Below, in pieces: positions 11,345-24,642 of a DNA stretch of 64,000 bases. The notes beneath the pieces are model-generated. The model ran no database searches. It was not told the DNA's origin and saw only the letters and a list, made by a program, of their open reading frames with translations. Source of the DNA: Octopus vulgaris. Lineage: Eukaryota. Each line of letters begins with the position of its first letter. The first letter of the stretch is position 1. The stretch lies in the NCBI GenBank assembly GCA_951406725.2, contig OX597825.1, forward strand, positions 61,938,001 to 62,002,000. The letters run 5' to 3'. A program made the position numbers and the translations under genes.

Positions 11345-11821
11345 TACATCAAATTTTCTTAGAGGTAATATCTATGCCAAATTCAATGACCATGTTCTGT
11401 TAGAATAAACTATAGTGCAGTAGACACCATGGGAGGAATTCTTATACTGGCTCTTGTTGCAAAGTATACTCTTATTTACATTGCTGCCTGAGAGACAAAT
11501 CCCCACAAACTCCAGTGCTGAGAGCACCAGATCACTTGATTTCAACCTTTTTTGGTCTTGTCAATGATGGAAGCTCAACTGCTAGAGATAGAAGCAACTC
11601 ATCTCCCCCACCAGCGATACATAGAAAAACTATCAGAACATGTGCTGGTGTTGCAATTAGCCAGTGAGCTTGTTAAAAATTATATATTGGCAACAGAGTC
11701 AATACTAAGTTTCACTTAAATGTGAAACTCTCATGTTATCATCTACCACAATATAATTTGTTCTAACAGAATATTCACGTTTAAGTGGGCATAGATATTA
11801 CCTGTTGGTATTAATGCTGCC

Positions 11822-11978
11822 TTGGGCTTCTTTCAGTTTCTGTCTACCAAATCTACTCACAAGTCTTTGGTCAACCTGAAACCATAGTAAAAGGAACTTG
11901 CCCAAGGTGCCATGCAGTGGGACTGAACCCAGATGCATGTGGTTAAGAAGCAAGCTTTTTACCACAGAGCCACACCTG
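11822..11978 (-). mobile_element. SINE-A 5' half
   Basis: gggcttctttcagtttc...cccaaggtgccatgcagtgggactgaaccc. Confidence 0.8.
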
Positions 11979-12074
11979 GATATGAAAATACAAAAAAAAA
12001 ATCAGCTGATCATCAGAGATGGTCACTGAGACATTGAAAATACTGAGCAAAGCCGCAAATTGAAAAATTAGGTT

Positions 12075-12290
12075 GTACAAGAGGTATTCCTAATGACTGG
12101 TATCAGAATCATCCAAAATGTAAAAGGAGATGCTCTAAAGAGAAACAACTACAGAGGCATCAAACTGATGGATAAAATCATGAAGCTACAGAAACTGTTA
12201 TACTACAACAAGTTATGAAGTAATCTGGCTTAGATGAGATGATGCAGTACTTGTTCTTTGCTAGGAAGGGACTCCACTAATGTTCTCTGA
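12075..12290 (+). mobile_element. RTE-clade LINE reverse transcriptase fragment
   Basis: Frameshifted peptides IPNDW and KGDALKRNNYRGIKLMDKIMK, plus LDEM, match the RT N-terminal KGD...NYRGI motif. Confidence 0.75.
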
Positions 12291-14671
12291 CTACATGTGT
12301 AGACAACTACATACTTCCTTCCTGCATGTATGTATGTGTGTGCATGTCATTGTGTGTGTGTCTTTGTGTGAGTGTGTGTGTGTATGTGCATGTGTGTGTG
12401 CACGTGTTTTTGTGTGTGTATATATGTATTGTTTTTTTTGTGACAACCAGTTACTAACACAACCAAGCTTTTACATGTTACTTTTGACAATCTTTTTCTA
12501 AAAAGAGAAACCGGTTAAGTAAATAAACATCTTTTAAAATTGCATTTTCAAACCTTCTTTCATATATAATTCCACTCGTGTGGTACCTTACAACTCCCCT
12601 TTGTTATAAATATATATATATATAGATATATATATATATATAGATGCAAAGATACACACAAATATGTGTCTAAGTATGTACCCATACACACATACACACA
12701 GTGATTTTGTGTGCATATATAGATGTGTGTCTATCAACTCATTTTGGTCCTGTGCAAAAATCAGTGCTTGGCTACGAATCATAATTTAAAGATTCAATAT
12801 AAACAGCTATCAATAAGATAAATACCAAACTGAAATATATCCTGGGTTTGGATGTCAATGCTATTAACTAAAACTCTGGAATTATGTAGCTGTAGCCCAA
12901 TGCTTGGAATCAGTAAAAGCAAACATTAAACGAGGTTAATTCTTTGTCTTTCTTATGTCAATAGTTCTAGCATGTAAATAATAATTGATTAGAATAGTGA
13001 ACACGAAATTTGCAAGCTTTCAAAGATACTCCCTTCCTTCAATCTAGTACCATTTGGAGTTTACAGCAACAGAATCAGCAGATTTCTTAAAAAAAAAAGA
13101 AGAAAAGGACTAAATGAAGAATCACAGAAATCTCTCAAGTTTCACTTGATTCCTCATATCACTTTACCATACATGATCTAAGATATTATTTTTTAGAGAC
13201 CTCTTCGGAACTGGCAAGAAAAAAGAAAAAGAAGAGAAAGTGCTGAAACTGATTTTTCCTTTTTCTTTCTTTTTTTTTTGTGTCTTTCCACTTTTTGTTA
13301 CTGCTTTTAGAGAGGACCATTTCTTCAGCTATACCAAGTTTTATGTATCTTTAATCCATAGCAAATTTACCATAATAGAAAAAGACAATTTCTGATGCTA
13401 TTTATAGAATTCCTTTAATGAGAATAGAAATGGATCTGATCCATTTCAGGATCACAATCTTATCTAAACAAACTTCTGGCAAAGTAATCAACTTAAAAGC
13501 ATTAGAATATATCTTTAGATGTTGGTCTTCTTTAAGTTGGTGATACTTCAAGAGAACACTTCACATTCTAGTTTTTATTAACTTCATTTTTCTGTATTTT
13601 TTTTTAAGAAGAAAAAGCACATTCATTTAGTATCCTTTGTTAAAAAAATATTTTCTTTTTTTATCTCAGCTGAATAAGGTGGGTGAGAGAACATTCTGCT
13701 TTTTGATATTGTGTGTAAAATTAGAATGCACATGAAGCAAAAACAAAATGTAAAGAATAAAGGAAAATCTGATTGTGAATATATTTAAAAATTCTAATTA
13801 TTCTTGCCTATCACAGGAGAGAAGTTTCTATGAGAAAGTATAGAATTATCTGTGCACAAATTTCACTTTAGAATAGCACAACAATTATTTTGCATTGCAG
13901 AGCATCTGATGCAGTGCCATGCCAAACAGAATGTTAAAGTGCCAATCAAATTGTGCAATTACAGCAGTTTCCTCCACAAAGAAACCGAAAATACATATTA
14001 TGACATGAACGCTTTGTAATTTTCAAAAATATTTACTTCTTTATTAATTTATTCATCATAGAGAATAGATCTGCTTCAATAAACTTCACATCCACCTCCC
14101 CCAATGCATACCAAAATAAAGAGAAATTATTTTTGTTGTTTTTATTTCTCTCCATATATGTAGTGCTTTCATTTCCATTTGTTCATGATATTTCAATGAA
14201 ATAGTTCCTATGGCAACATTGATTGTATTCTTGATAATTATCTCAATAATATTCTATTCTAGTTTGGCTCACATCTCACCTGTTCAACTTTTAATGAGAC
14301 TGTTGTGAAATGAAAATTGAGTTGAATGTGTTTATTTTCTCAAGTTTTAATATGTAGACTACATTCTGTCTTAGTACCCAAAGCAGATCCACAAACCAAT
14401 CACTAAATAGAAATACACACATTGTACATCATTAATCAAATGCTGGCTACGATACAAAATGAATTAATTTATAAATATGTCCCATTGCTGTGGGCACAAT
14501 CAGGTTTTATGGAAATTGTGTATAACTTGGGAAAGATAATAGAAATTTCCTACACAGATATGAAAGTCTGCATTTCTGAAATGATATATCATAATGGGAA
14601 CAGGGGCAGTATTATAAGTATATCAAGGAATTATGATGAATTTTAGTACATTTCTGGCCAAAATTTAACTA

Positions 14672-15046
14672 CATCATCATCATCATCATCATCATCGTTT
14701 AACGTCCGTTCTCCATGCTAGCATGGGTTGGACGGTTTGACCGGGGATCTGGGAAGCCAGAAGGCTGCACCAGGCTCCGGTCTTATCTGGCAATGTTTCT
14801 ACAGCTGGATGCCCTTCCTAACACCAACCACTCCGTGAGTGTAGTGGGTGCTTTTTACGTGCCACCTGCACTGGTGCCAAGTAAGGCTGGCATCGGCCAC
14901 GGTCGGATTGGTGCATTTTACATGCACCAATAGCCCTGACCGTGGCCGATGCCAGCCCTGACCGTGGCCGATGCCAGCCCTGACCGTGGCCGATGCCAGC
15001 CTCGCCTGGCACCAGTGCAGGTGGCACGTAAAATGCACCCACTACA
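14672..15046 (-). mobile_element. SINE-D ending in a snap-back inversion with a 22-bp triple repeat
   Basis: (CAT)n tail at 14672; 14840-14904 is inverted at the right end (to 15046); agccctgaccgtggccgatgcc x3 at 14932-14997. Confidence 0.85.
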
Positions 15047-15516
15047 ATAGAGAAAATTGTTCCTGTAGGGAAAACAGTAACATTTTACTATTTTGAGCCC
15101 ACATTAAATTTTCTATTAATTTTACAATTCCATCCAAAGAACAACGGTTTGGAGAATCTCAGATTGTTGCTAGTGAGTCTAGAAAGTATTCATTTTGAAA
15201 GATAGGAAATAATGTTGGTACACATAACAGAAAAATTCTGACAAGAGTTGCAATAATAATGCTTGTGTTTTGACTCTCAAATGTAAAAGATAGCAATTTC
15301 AAATGCAAATGTAAGTCACTGGAATGGCAAAAGCCTTCGTCAGCATTGCAGTCTTCACATTCTGAGATGACATGTCTCTCATGACAAGGCGAGTGAGGAA
15401 TGGGTATGATGGGTGAGAGACTCAATGTAAGTACATTATACATATCAACATCCATCTCCACCACCATTTATTTAGCAACCATTTTTCCATTCTTTCTTGT
15501 TGTCAGTTGCAACAGT

Positions 15517-15712
15517 CTATCTATCTATCTATCTATCTATCTACCTACCAACCTACCAACTACCTACTTACCGACCTACCCACCTACCTACCTACCTGCC
15601 TACCTACCTGCCTACCTACCTACCTACCTACCTACCTACCTACCTACCTACCTACCTACCTACCTACATACCTACCTATCTATCTATCATTCTGACCATC
15701 CTTCTATCCATC
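15517..15712. repeat. (CTAT)n/(CTAC)n tetranucleotide array
   Basis: Seen directly. Confidence 0.95.
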
Positions 15713-15869
15713 CATCTGTCCAACACTCACATGTAAAGAACCACTACTTGGTCTAGTCACACAGTGTGTTAAAAATAACAGATGATTCTCACTGATGCAT
15801 CTGTTTTTTTTTAAATAACCCATTTGATTGTTTAGTCCAGAACATATTATTAAAGAAATAATTGATACA

Positions 15870-16136
15870 GTTCTAAATTTAAAAGATGAGGAATTATGTA
15901 CATTATTTACATTTGATGGATATTTGTCCTCATCTTGTTTCTTGTTAACACAACGTTTCAGCTGATATACCCTCCAGCCTTCATAAGGTGTCTTGGGGAA
16001 ATTTCGAACCTGGGTTCTCATTCCTAAGGTATTTTTTGATGTTATTATTATTATTCAGGTAACTGCCTGGAATCGAACTTGGAATCTTGGGGTTAGTAGC
16101 CTGCACTTTTAACCACTATGCCATATACCCGTGGGC
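15870..16136 (-). mobile_element. tRNA-headed SINE-like element containing a minimal hammerhead (working name SINE-E)
   Basis: Minus strand: box A tggcatagtgg (16113-16123), box B gttcgattcc (16069-16078), then HHR at 15947-15992; second partial copy at 49642-49797. Confidence 0.75.
15947..15992 (-). ncRNA. Minimal type I hammerhead motif (G5U-mutated copy)
   Basis: gacac CTTATGA a ggctg gagggtatat cagct GAAA cgtt gtgtt: helix I gacac/gtgtt, helix II ggctg/cagct, palindromic ACGT helix III. Confidence 0.65.
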
Positions 16137-16334
16137 TGGATAATAAGGTTACTAGATATATTGTAATCAATTATAGCTACAAAAATGATATAATTGAGGG
16201 TTACAAAACATGCTTTCATTTTTCTTACAAATATGTTATGCACATCTAAAATTTTCCTGTCTTGATCTCTATGGGCTACCTTTGACATTTTCTATCTAAG
16301 CTTTATCTGCTTTGAGATTTACCAAACCAAAACA

Positions 16335-16370
<36 letters not shown>

Positions 16371-16610
16371 TTATTTTTATTATTATTGTTTAGAATATTT
16401 TGATTTGACCCCATGCAACATTGATTTATGTAGGGTCATTATAGGAAGCTAACTCATCTGTCTTAGGCTGCTAAATATGAATGTGTTAGGTAGTTCTGCT
16501 TGCCCCTTGTCTACCTATTTGTATATATTTGAGTATGTGCATGTGAGTGTGTATGTATGTATGTATGTATGTATGTATGTATGTATGTATGTATGTATGT
16601 ATGTATGTAT

Positions 16611-16627
<17 letters not shown>

Positions 16628-16651
<24 letters not shown>

Positions 16652-16847
16652 AGATCATTAGCGACTAAACCTTTTTCTATTTTCTCTCACTGCTTATTTT
16701 TGTGTTGCTTATTTTTGTGTTCCTTACTGTTGAAGAGCATAGGCTCAAAACCTAAAAGACTTTCTCACTTCCCAAGCATTAAACTAATACATCTGTTTGT
16801 TGTTTACATACCCATCTTTGTCTTTTGGTGTTTTTGTAAATTCTTGC

Positions 16848-16848
<1 letters not shown>
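16628..16848 (+). mobile_element. ~200-bp HHR-like family F element, decayed copy within (TA)n
   Basis: Reverse-complement homologue of 25786-25972 and 26009-26188; CTGTTGA a gagc atag gctc AAAA ccta aaag at 16727-16758. Confidence 0.7.
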
Positions 16849-16885
<37 letters not shown>

Positions 16886-17990
16886 TGCGCACACACATAC
16901 ATATACATATATATTGCTAGCATGGGAAACGGATGTTAAATGATGATGATTATATATACACACACAAATATATATACATACACACACACATATACATACA
17001 TATACATACATATACAAACATGCACACACATACACACATATACACACAAATACACACACATACACACACACATACATATGTATATATATATATATATGTT
17101 GCTTTATGTCAAACAAATCAGGATAGCATGCTCAATACTTGTTTCAAAGATTATGCCGTTTTATTGAATCTGAAAGAAAGAGTTAACTTAAAAATTGTGT
17201 TTCACACAACAGTGATCGTCAGGAATAGGTCACAGTAGCATGAATCTGTTGCTGCTGGGCAAACTATCAGATTCAAGTTCAATAAAGATAAAAACACTAT
17301 ATAACGGACATGTGTGTCTGTGTGTGCATGTGTGTGTGGAAAATAGCTAATGTAGCTAATCTCGTGAAATTTTGCATTTCAAGAACACTATCTTTCAGAC
17401 AGAATTCTAATTGTTCTTGTAGATACCGGACTGACATTCACATTACTAAAAATTAATTTTATTATTCAACGAGATATCTATTTAACTTCTTCAAAGAGAT
17501 TGTGTTAATAAAACTTTAGGCAGAAAACTCATATATCACAATAGCTGCAGCATAATAGAAACATTAAAAAAAAATATATATATATACATGCCTTTTATGT
17601 ATAATCATTAAAAAAAATGTCATAATAATACTTCAATATTTATGGGAATATTTTTTTTTATAGAAGTTACAAATATGTTACCTCTACTTCTATAAAAGTC
17701 TTCATTCCATTTTTCTGCTTTGTGAAATTATTATATAAACACTGTAATTTTATATTGTTTATAAATGAAATACTTTTTATTTTGTTTTTTATTTAAATAA
17801 TCCTCATTTCATATAAATTCTGCCTTTTATGATGCCACCGTTATTCAATGTCTGTCATTACCAATGATTGCTATGAGATATATTTATCTGTAAAAAAAAA
17901 AAAATCTCTTATCTTCTGATGTCTATTCGTAGTATTGTTTCATTTGTATTATTTTTACATATATACATGCACACATACACAAACAACACC

Positions 17991-18046
<56 letters not shown>

Positions 18047-18540
18047 ATATATATATATATGCACATGCGCATACATGCTTAAATTTATGCATGTGTGTGT
18101 GCGCACATAAATGTGTTTATATATATATATGCATATATATATATATATATATATATAGTGAGAGAGAGTGATAGATATATCTACATACACACATAAATAT
18201 GCTGATATATATGCAGTTCCTCATCCTCCTCTTCCCCCTCCCTCTCACTCTACACCATACAAATATATCCAAATTGTTTTCCTGCCACAAACGACTAAAC
18301 AAAAGCTCACATATCATTGTTCAAAAGGAAAAATCTGCTCTATATTAGAAACTAACACCGAATAAATCTGCTGTTGTAATTAGATGAGTAAATATCATAT
18401 AACATCAATACCTCGAAATTTATTTGTACATAGTTTCCTTTCAAACTGTGTTTCACCAAATTTATATATGATTTCATATGAATAGGTTTTGAAATTGGAG
18501 ACTTTTGTAGTTAATTCTATTCGAGTTTATTTTTAGCAAT

Positions 18541-18696
18541 TTGTTTTTGCTGTGGTTATTGTTGCTGCTGTTATTGTTGTTTTTAGTATTAATAATACTA
18601 ATAATAATAATGATGATAATAATTATAATAATAATAATACTGATAATAATAATAATATTATTATTATTTTTATTATTATTATTATTATTTTTATTA

Positions 18697-18730
<34 letters not shown>

Positions 18731-18768
18731 GTTTATTATTAATAATATTATTATTATTAATATTATTA

Positions 18769-18815
<47 letters not shown>

Positions 18816-18883
18816 AATATTATTATTATTATTAATATTATTATCATTATTATTATTATGATTATTATTATTATTATTATTAA

Positions 18884-18929
<46 letters not shown>

Positions 18930-18930
18930 G
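18541..18930. repeat. Long degenerate (TAA)n/(TTA)n array
   Basis: Seen directly; gives poly-N/poly-I/poly-L pseudo-ORFs. Confidence 0.95.
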
Positions 18931-20189
18931 TTACTTTGCTTATCAAAGGAATTCTGTGTTCCATTGAATTCTTTGCTCAGCAAAAAATAAATAAATAAAT
19001 GAATGAAAATTTAAAAAAACACAAAAAAAAACATAAAATTTCACAAACCAGTGGTACTTATTTATATGTGAGATGATGTCAAAGGTTCATAAATTTAAGT
19101 AGCTGAAAATATTGCCTGCAATGTTTGTAAAAGACTGAACATTAGTATTGCATTGGCATTGTATTTATTTGAATGAAATATTGTCATCACCGTTCTTTCA
19201 TGGCTTCTATAGAAGTTAACAGCCCACTTGTAATGAGTGTCGATAAATAATGTCAAAGAAAAAAAAAATATCCATTAAGGGAACAGCTGGCACATAAACA
19301 GATAAAAGAGAAAACATGTAATGCTATGGTTAGATAAATTGAGAGAAATATATAGGAAAAAACAAAACCAAAACTAGTAAAAAAATATATTAGTATATAT
19401 TTCTTGCTAAGAAAAGTCCTTTGATGCTGAAAACTGTGTCACACTAAGGAAAGCTAGAGAAAACTATAACACAATTTCTTGGAGAAAATAGACATTACAT
19501 AAATGTATAAGCGGCTTTTTTACCTTTAAATTACTGATGTTATACTGACAACTAGTGTAATTTCTCTTCTGTATAGCAACATTAAATGGCAGGCTGATGC
19601 AATTATATGTCTAAATCTAGACAATATATGTCTTTGAATATACAAAGAAAGTTGTTCCATGAACTTTAATTGAATTATTATTGATTTAATGTTCAAATAT
19701 TGCAGTATCACTGAATACAAGCGCCAGAGAAGAATAAATAAATAACAATTTATCCAAACAATGATAGAACAGAATATTAACATAACTATTACATATGCGT
19801 AGGTTCCTGTATTGTTGTGTTATTCAAGTTGTTCCGCCACAATCAGTCCTAATCCAAAAATGCCTTTGATTAGAGGTATCTAAACCTGCTCCAGCTACCA
19901 TTTTTAAAAATAAATCAGTGACTATATTATCAGTCGCCCGCTGACACTCGCTGACGATACATCGAAGAGGCCAGGGAACAGAAGAAAGAAGAAGAAAGAA
20001 GACATGCACCCAACACCAGAGCTGAAGACACCTCCGACAGGGAGGGGGCGCCACGTCAAAACGGTAGAGGTGTAAGGGCCAAAACTGGACGTGGTTCCTC
20101 CTGATGATGTCTTGAGCTAACTGGATCCTATAAAGGAGCTGTTGTGGTAGCAGACCACAAAACACGGTTGAAATTCCAATGTAGCCAAG

Positions 20190-20355
20190 GCACGTTAGCG
20201 CACCGGGCAAAATGCTTAGCGGTATTTCGTCCTTTCGGGGTCGATCAAATTAGTACCAGTTACGCACTGGGGTCGATGTAATCGACTTAATACCTATGTC
20301 TGTCCTTGTTTGTCCCCTCTATGTTTAGCCCCTTGTGGGTAGTAAAGAACTAGGT
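20190..20355 (+). mobile_element. SINE-B, truncated and internally deleted
   Basis: cgttagcgcaccgggcaaaatgcttagcggtatttcg...ggggtcgatgtaatcgactta...ccccttgtgggtagtaaaga. Confidence 0.85.
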
Positions 20356-20726
20356 ACTCAGTGTATTCTTGCTTTTCTCAGAGCAGTAGGGTGTAATCTG
20401 AGAAGGGTTTAGCTGCAGTGTGTTGTGCATCTAGAGATTAAGTAAGGGCTTTCTATTTGTAATGTTACTGGGTCTGGTGAATAAGTTCAGTTGGCACAGT
20501 TGAATCAAACTGCGACAGAGACCAGTGATTCTCAAAGTGACAAAAACTAGATGTAAGCCCACCAAAATATGGTAATACAATCTTTGATCGCTCCCACCTA
20601 TTTCTGAATCTTTTCATAACTGCGTTTCTGTTGAAATACATGCCTTGCTTTAAATAAATTTTGAAAACAACAAAGAATTTAGTACAATAAATTTATCACT
20701 ATTCAATATATGTTTGGAAGACAAAT

Positions 20727-20741
20727 CGTCATCTTCATCAA

Positions 20742-20780
<39 letters not shown>

Positions 20781-20925
20781 TACCACCAACACAACCACTT
20801 CCACCACCACCAATACAACCACCACCACCATGGGCATCCTCCTCTTCATCATCATCACCATCAAAAGTGATGATGATCATCACTATCACCCCCATCACCA
20901 TCATCATTCACCCTCGTCACCATAA
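20727..20925. repeat. (CAT)n/(CAC)n compound microsatellite (expanded tail of a SINE-D remnant)
   Basis: Seen directly; followed by ttttccatgctgg tail remnant. Confidence 0.9.
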
Positions 20926-21078
20926 TTTTCACCCCTGTTTTTCCATGCTGGTATGAATTAGACAGATTTTGTGGTTAAAAGCCCTTCATGTTGTCTACAT
21001 TTATAATCCCCTCTTTCATTACCCAAGGTACAGATTCTGAAATTGGAATACACATGTTAAGGAAAATATTCTGAAATA

Positions 21079-21495
21079 GGCATAGGAGTGACTGTGTGGT
21101 AAGTAGCTTGCTTACCAGCCACATGGTTCCGGGTTCAGTCCCACTGTGTGACACCTTGGGCAAGTGTCTTCTACTATAGCCTTGGGCTGACCAAAGCCTT
21201 GTGAGTGGATTTGGTAGACGGAAACTGAAAGAAGCCCGTCGTATATATGAATATATATATGTGTGTGTGTGTATGTTTGTGTGTCTGTGTTCGCCCCCCC
21301 CCCCCCAATATCGCTTGACAACCGATGCTGGTGTGTTTACGTCCCCGTAACTTAGTGGTTCGGCAAAAGAGACCAATAGAATAAGCACTAGACTTACAAA
21401 GTATAAGTCCTGGGGTCGATTTGCTCAACTAAAGGCGGTGCTCCAGCATCGCCGCAGTCAAATGACTGAAACAAGTTAAGAGAAAAAAAGAGAGA
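21079..21495 (+). mobile_element. SINE-A, full length
   Basis: ggcataggagtgactgtgtggtaag...ggcggtgctccagcatcgccgcagtcaaatgactgaaac. Confidence 0.9.
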
Positions 21496-21619
21496 CTCCA
21501 AACATCCATCAAGCTAGCAACATAAACACTGAGAAAAGAGAAAACATGTAATGCAATGATTGAGAAAAACTGAGAGAAATGTTTATGAAATGTCTATGAT
21601 CAGTGCTTTTCTCGTATAT

Positions 21620-22210
21620 AATTGAGGAGTTTGAAGATACTGGATAGGGGTAGTACATTTGCTGTCTGGCAGCTGTGCCTTACCAGGGATGATCAGTCAG
21701 ATAGAGAGGCATCACTGATTCACATTCAATTCCTTGTCTCTCACTTAATAGCTCCTAGACCGACATCCATGTACTCCACTTCAGCTGGTGAGTTAAACCA
21801 AGTGAGAGTATGCCGTTAACACTGTACCGGTAGCAAAAGACTCTGTATAAGGCTTCCCAAGGGGTCACTGGCTAAAGTAGAGGAACCTGCTTAGTTCAGT
21901 GGCTTAGTGTTTGGTGCCAGGGTATGTCTCAGGTAGAAGTGTACCACTGTGACTGGGTACTGTCAAGTTAACTTGTCTTTGATACATTCATGATAATAAC
22001 AACCAGACCAGAACTCATACTGGATCAGTTATCACCCAGGTTAACATCAGAGAATAGAGTGGTTTCAGTTTTACCGATTCACAGAGAATGGTAGAAGGCC
22101 GAGAGAACTTGTGAAATCTGGTTACAATGTCGTCAATGTATGCTTCACTAACAACATGATCAAGGGATTAGAAAGAAGGAATGAAGTTGACCCTGAGTGA
22201 ACAACAAGCA
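21620..22210 (+). mobile_element. Possible decayed LINE 5' region / APE endonuclease remnant
   Basis: GC-elevated block; gtcaatgtatgcttcact resembles the VxVYAPT motif with an indel; weak. Confidence 0.3.
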
Positions 22211-23636
22211 AAACTTTGACAACTAAAGCTCCAACCCACAATGTTGCTGTCCTCATTTGCATAATCTCTCCCAGATCTCTTTCTAGACATAGATATAACA
22301 CAGAAAAATACTATTACCTTATAGCCAAGACATGTATAATGCATAAATATATGGGAGCTATATCAATAAAAGAAAAATATATATATTCTAATTTTGGCAA
22401 CTGTTGGTCACTGTCCACCAAAGAGTCACTAAGTTATTCGCTATAGGCCTTGATCTTTGAAAAATACTTTACAAATTTTAATTTGTGCATGTGCGTGTGT
22501 GTGTATGTGTGTGCATGTGTGTGAGTTTCTGCAATTGCTTGTACATAAGTACAGTGACCAGTGCTGTAGCCAAATTTTCCTCTCAACAAATATCATCCGG
22601 TCAGTTACTGATTTTGAGTCTGTGTAAAATTAGAGGTTCTTTGTTTAAAAAAAGAAATTAGGCTAAGAACTCAGGAAGGGCTCTGGCTGTAAAACTCTGT
22701 CTCTCAATAAGGTTATACTGTCCACTAAGTCCATGCTTTAGGATAGTAGAGTGTGGCTTGCAGAAGATTTGGCTGTTATTTTTAATAAGTCAAGGTGCCA
22801 TGCAGTGTGACTAAACCTGGAACCATGTATTTGGGAAGCAAACTTCTTACCACACAGCCACACCTGCAACTATATTAGAGGACTCTACCCAAGCACCAAG
22901 CAATAGAACCAAACCTAAAAATCAAATGCTTGAAAAACAATCTTCTTCACCACAAAGCCATGTCTACACTGTTTCTTTATGGCCAATAACTAATAACCAT
23001 ATAACCTGATTGAATCACATTTTTATCAATAAATATGTCATTGGTAGAACTGAGAAAATCTACAATTGGTCTTCTAGTTTTTAGTGGTGCCTTTATTCAA
23101 TGGTTTGTTATCTTCATACATTTCAATAATTCAAAGACTGTGTATAGTCTTATGAACAGCATTATGCCTGCTTTTTCAAGTGATGTATCAACAAACCACA
23201 TTGTAGTTCTTATACTTATTCAACAAAGAACATTATATTTTAGTTCTACATAAGACATAACTAAACCTTATAGCCATGATATCTTTATTTTTAATATATA
23301 TATTTTTTTTTCTTATTTCTATTCAGTTTCTACATTATCAGTAGTTCTATGGACTGAACTGTGTTTACACAGAGTTGAACTGAGAAGAATAAAGATAATT
23401 GATTCTTTGTGTACTCAACTTTTCGTTAATGCCCTGTAAAATATCTTGCACTGTTTCATAATAGTTCAGATATAAGAAAAACCATTCAGAAGCACATTCT
23501 ACTGAGAACCGTGCAATAAATTAGATAAATGTACTTTTAGCTGAATATATATATATACATAAATATATATATATATACATACATATATATATATATACAT
23601 ATACATATATACATATATATATATACATATACATAT

Positions 23637-23686
<50 letters not shown>

Positions 23687-24344
23687 TCACACACACACAT
23701 ATATATATATTTACCTTGTATGATATTATATTAGCAAAACTTCTTTCTACCTTGGCAGCAATTTTCTCAGCACCAAATGGCTTCTTTATAGAGTTCTAAA
23801 GACAGCAACAAAAACAAACAACACACAGATCATATGCCTCTAGATTATTCTTCATTTACTTCTTCTTTCTAAAACTGATGAATATAGATCAGGTATACGG
23901 AGAAGAGAAAATTGCTGATATTTTGTAGAAATGTTTAACCTGCTCTGAGCTCTCTTTGTTTATCAAACTATAATGGAATAAGATTACTGTCTGATATTTG
24001 ATTATTTGCTTCAAATGTTCTTCCTTACAGTCCTATACAGGTGTTGTTCACAAAATTACACATTTATTCTGCCATTGTTAATTTTTCCTTGTTTGACTTA
24101 TATTTCTGTTAAATCTCTGCTAAATGAAGAATGGTGACTTTAATTTAATATTCCCTCAGTGTTTACCAAGGGTGGGATTTGATGCTATTGGTTCTTATTT
24201 GGCGACCCATCCCAGCAAGTACATATGGGGTTTTATGTTTTACAAGGAAATATTATCTGTGCGTTGACTATTTTCAGTTTCATTAGTATTTCTTTATTTG
24301 GCTTAACAGAGAAGTTGTAGTTGACCTGAGCACTAAATACAATA

Positions 24345-24642
24345 AAATCATCATCATCATCATCGTCATTATCTTCATCATCATCATCGTCATCATCGTC
24401 ATTATCTTCATCATCATCATCATCATCATCATCGTCGTCATTATCTTCATCATCATCATCATCGTCATCATCGTCATTATCTTCATCTTCATCGTCATTA
24501 TCTTCATCATCATCATCGTCGTCGTCGTCGTCGTCTTATTCTTCTTTTTCTTCTTCTTCTTCTTCTTCTTCTTCTTCATCATCATCATCATCATCATCAT
24601 CTTCTTCTTCTTCTTCTTCTTCTTCTTCTTCTTCTTCTTCTT
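24345..24642. repeat. (CAT/CGT)n and (CTT)n microsatellite with higher-order units
   Basis: Seen directly; recurring cgtcattatcttcatc unit. Confidence 0.95.

Noticed and set aside
18474-18998. Long ORFs (poly-N/I/L), and similar ORFs at 7042-7497, 15400-15756, 24283-24793, 47646-48204 and 51408-51980
   Set aside because: They are translations of microsatellites or purine tracts, open in several frames, with no protein-like complexity
24160-24267. Possible small exon after ttccctcag, or SECIS-like hairpin (gggtggg...cccatcc)
   Set aside because: No recognisable peptide, no good splice donor, and the helix geometry does not fit a SECIS
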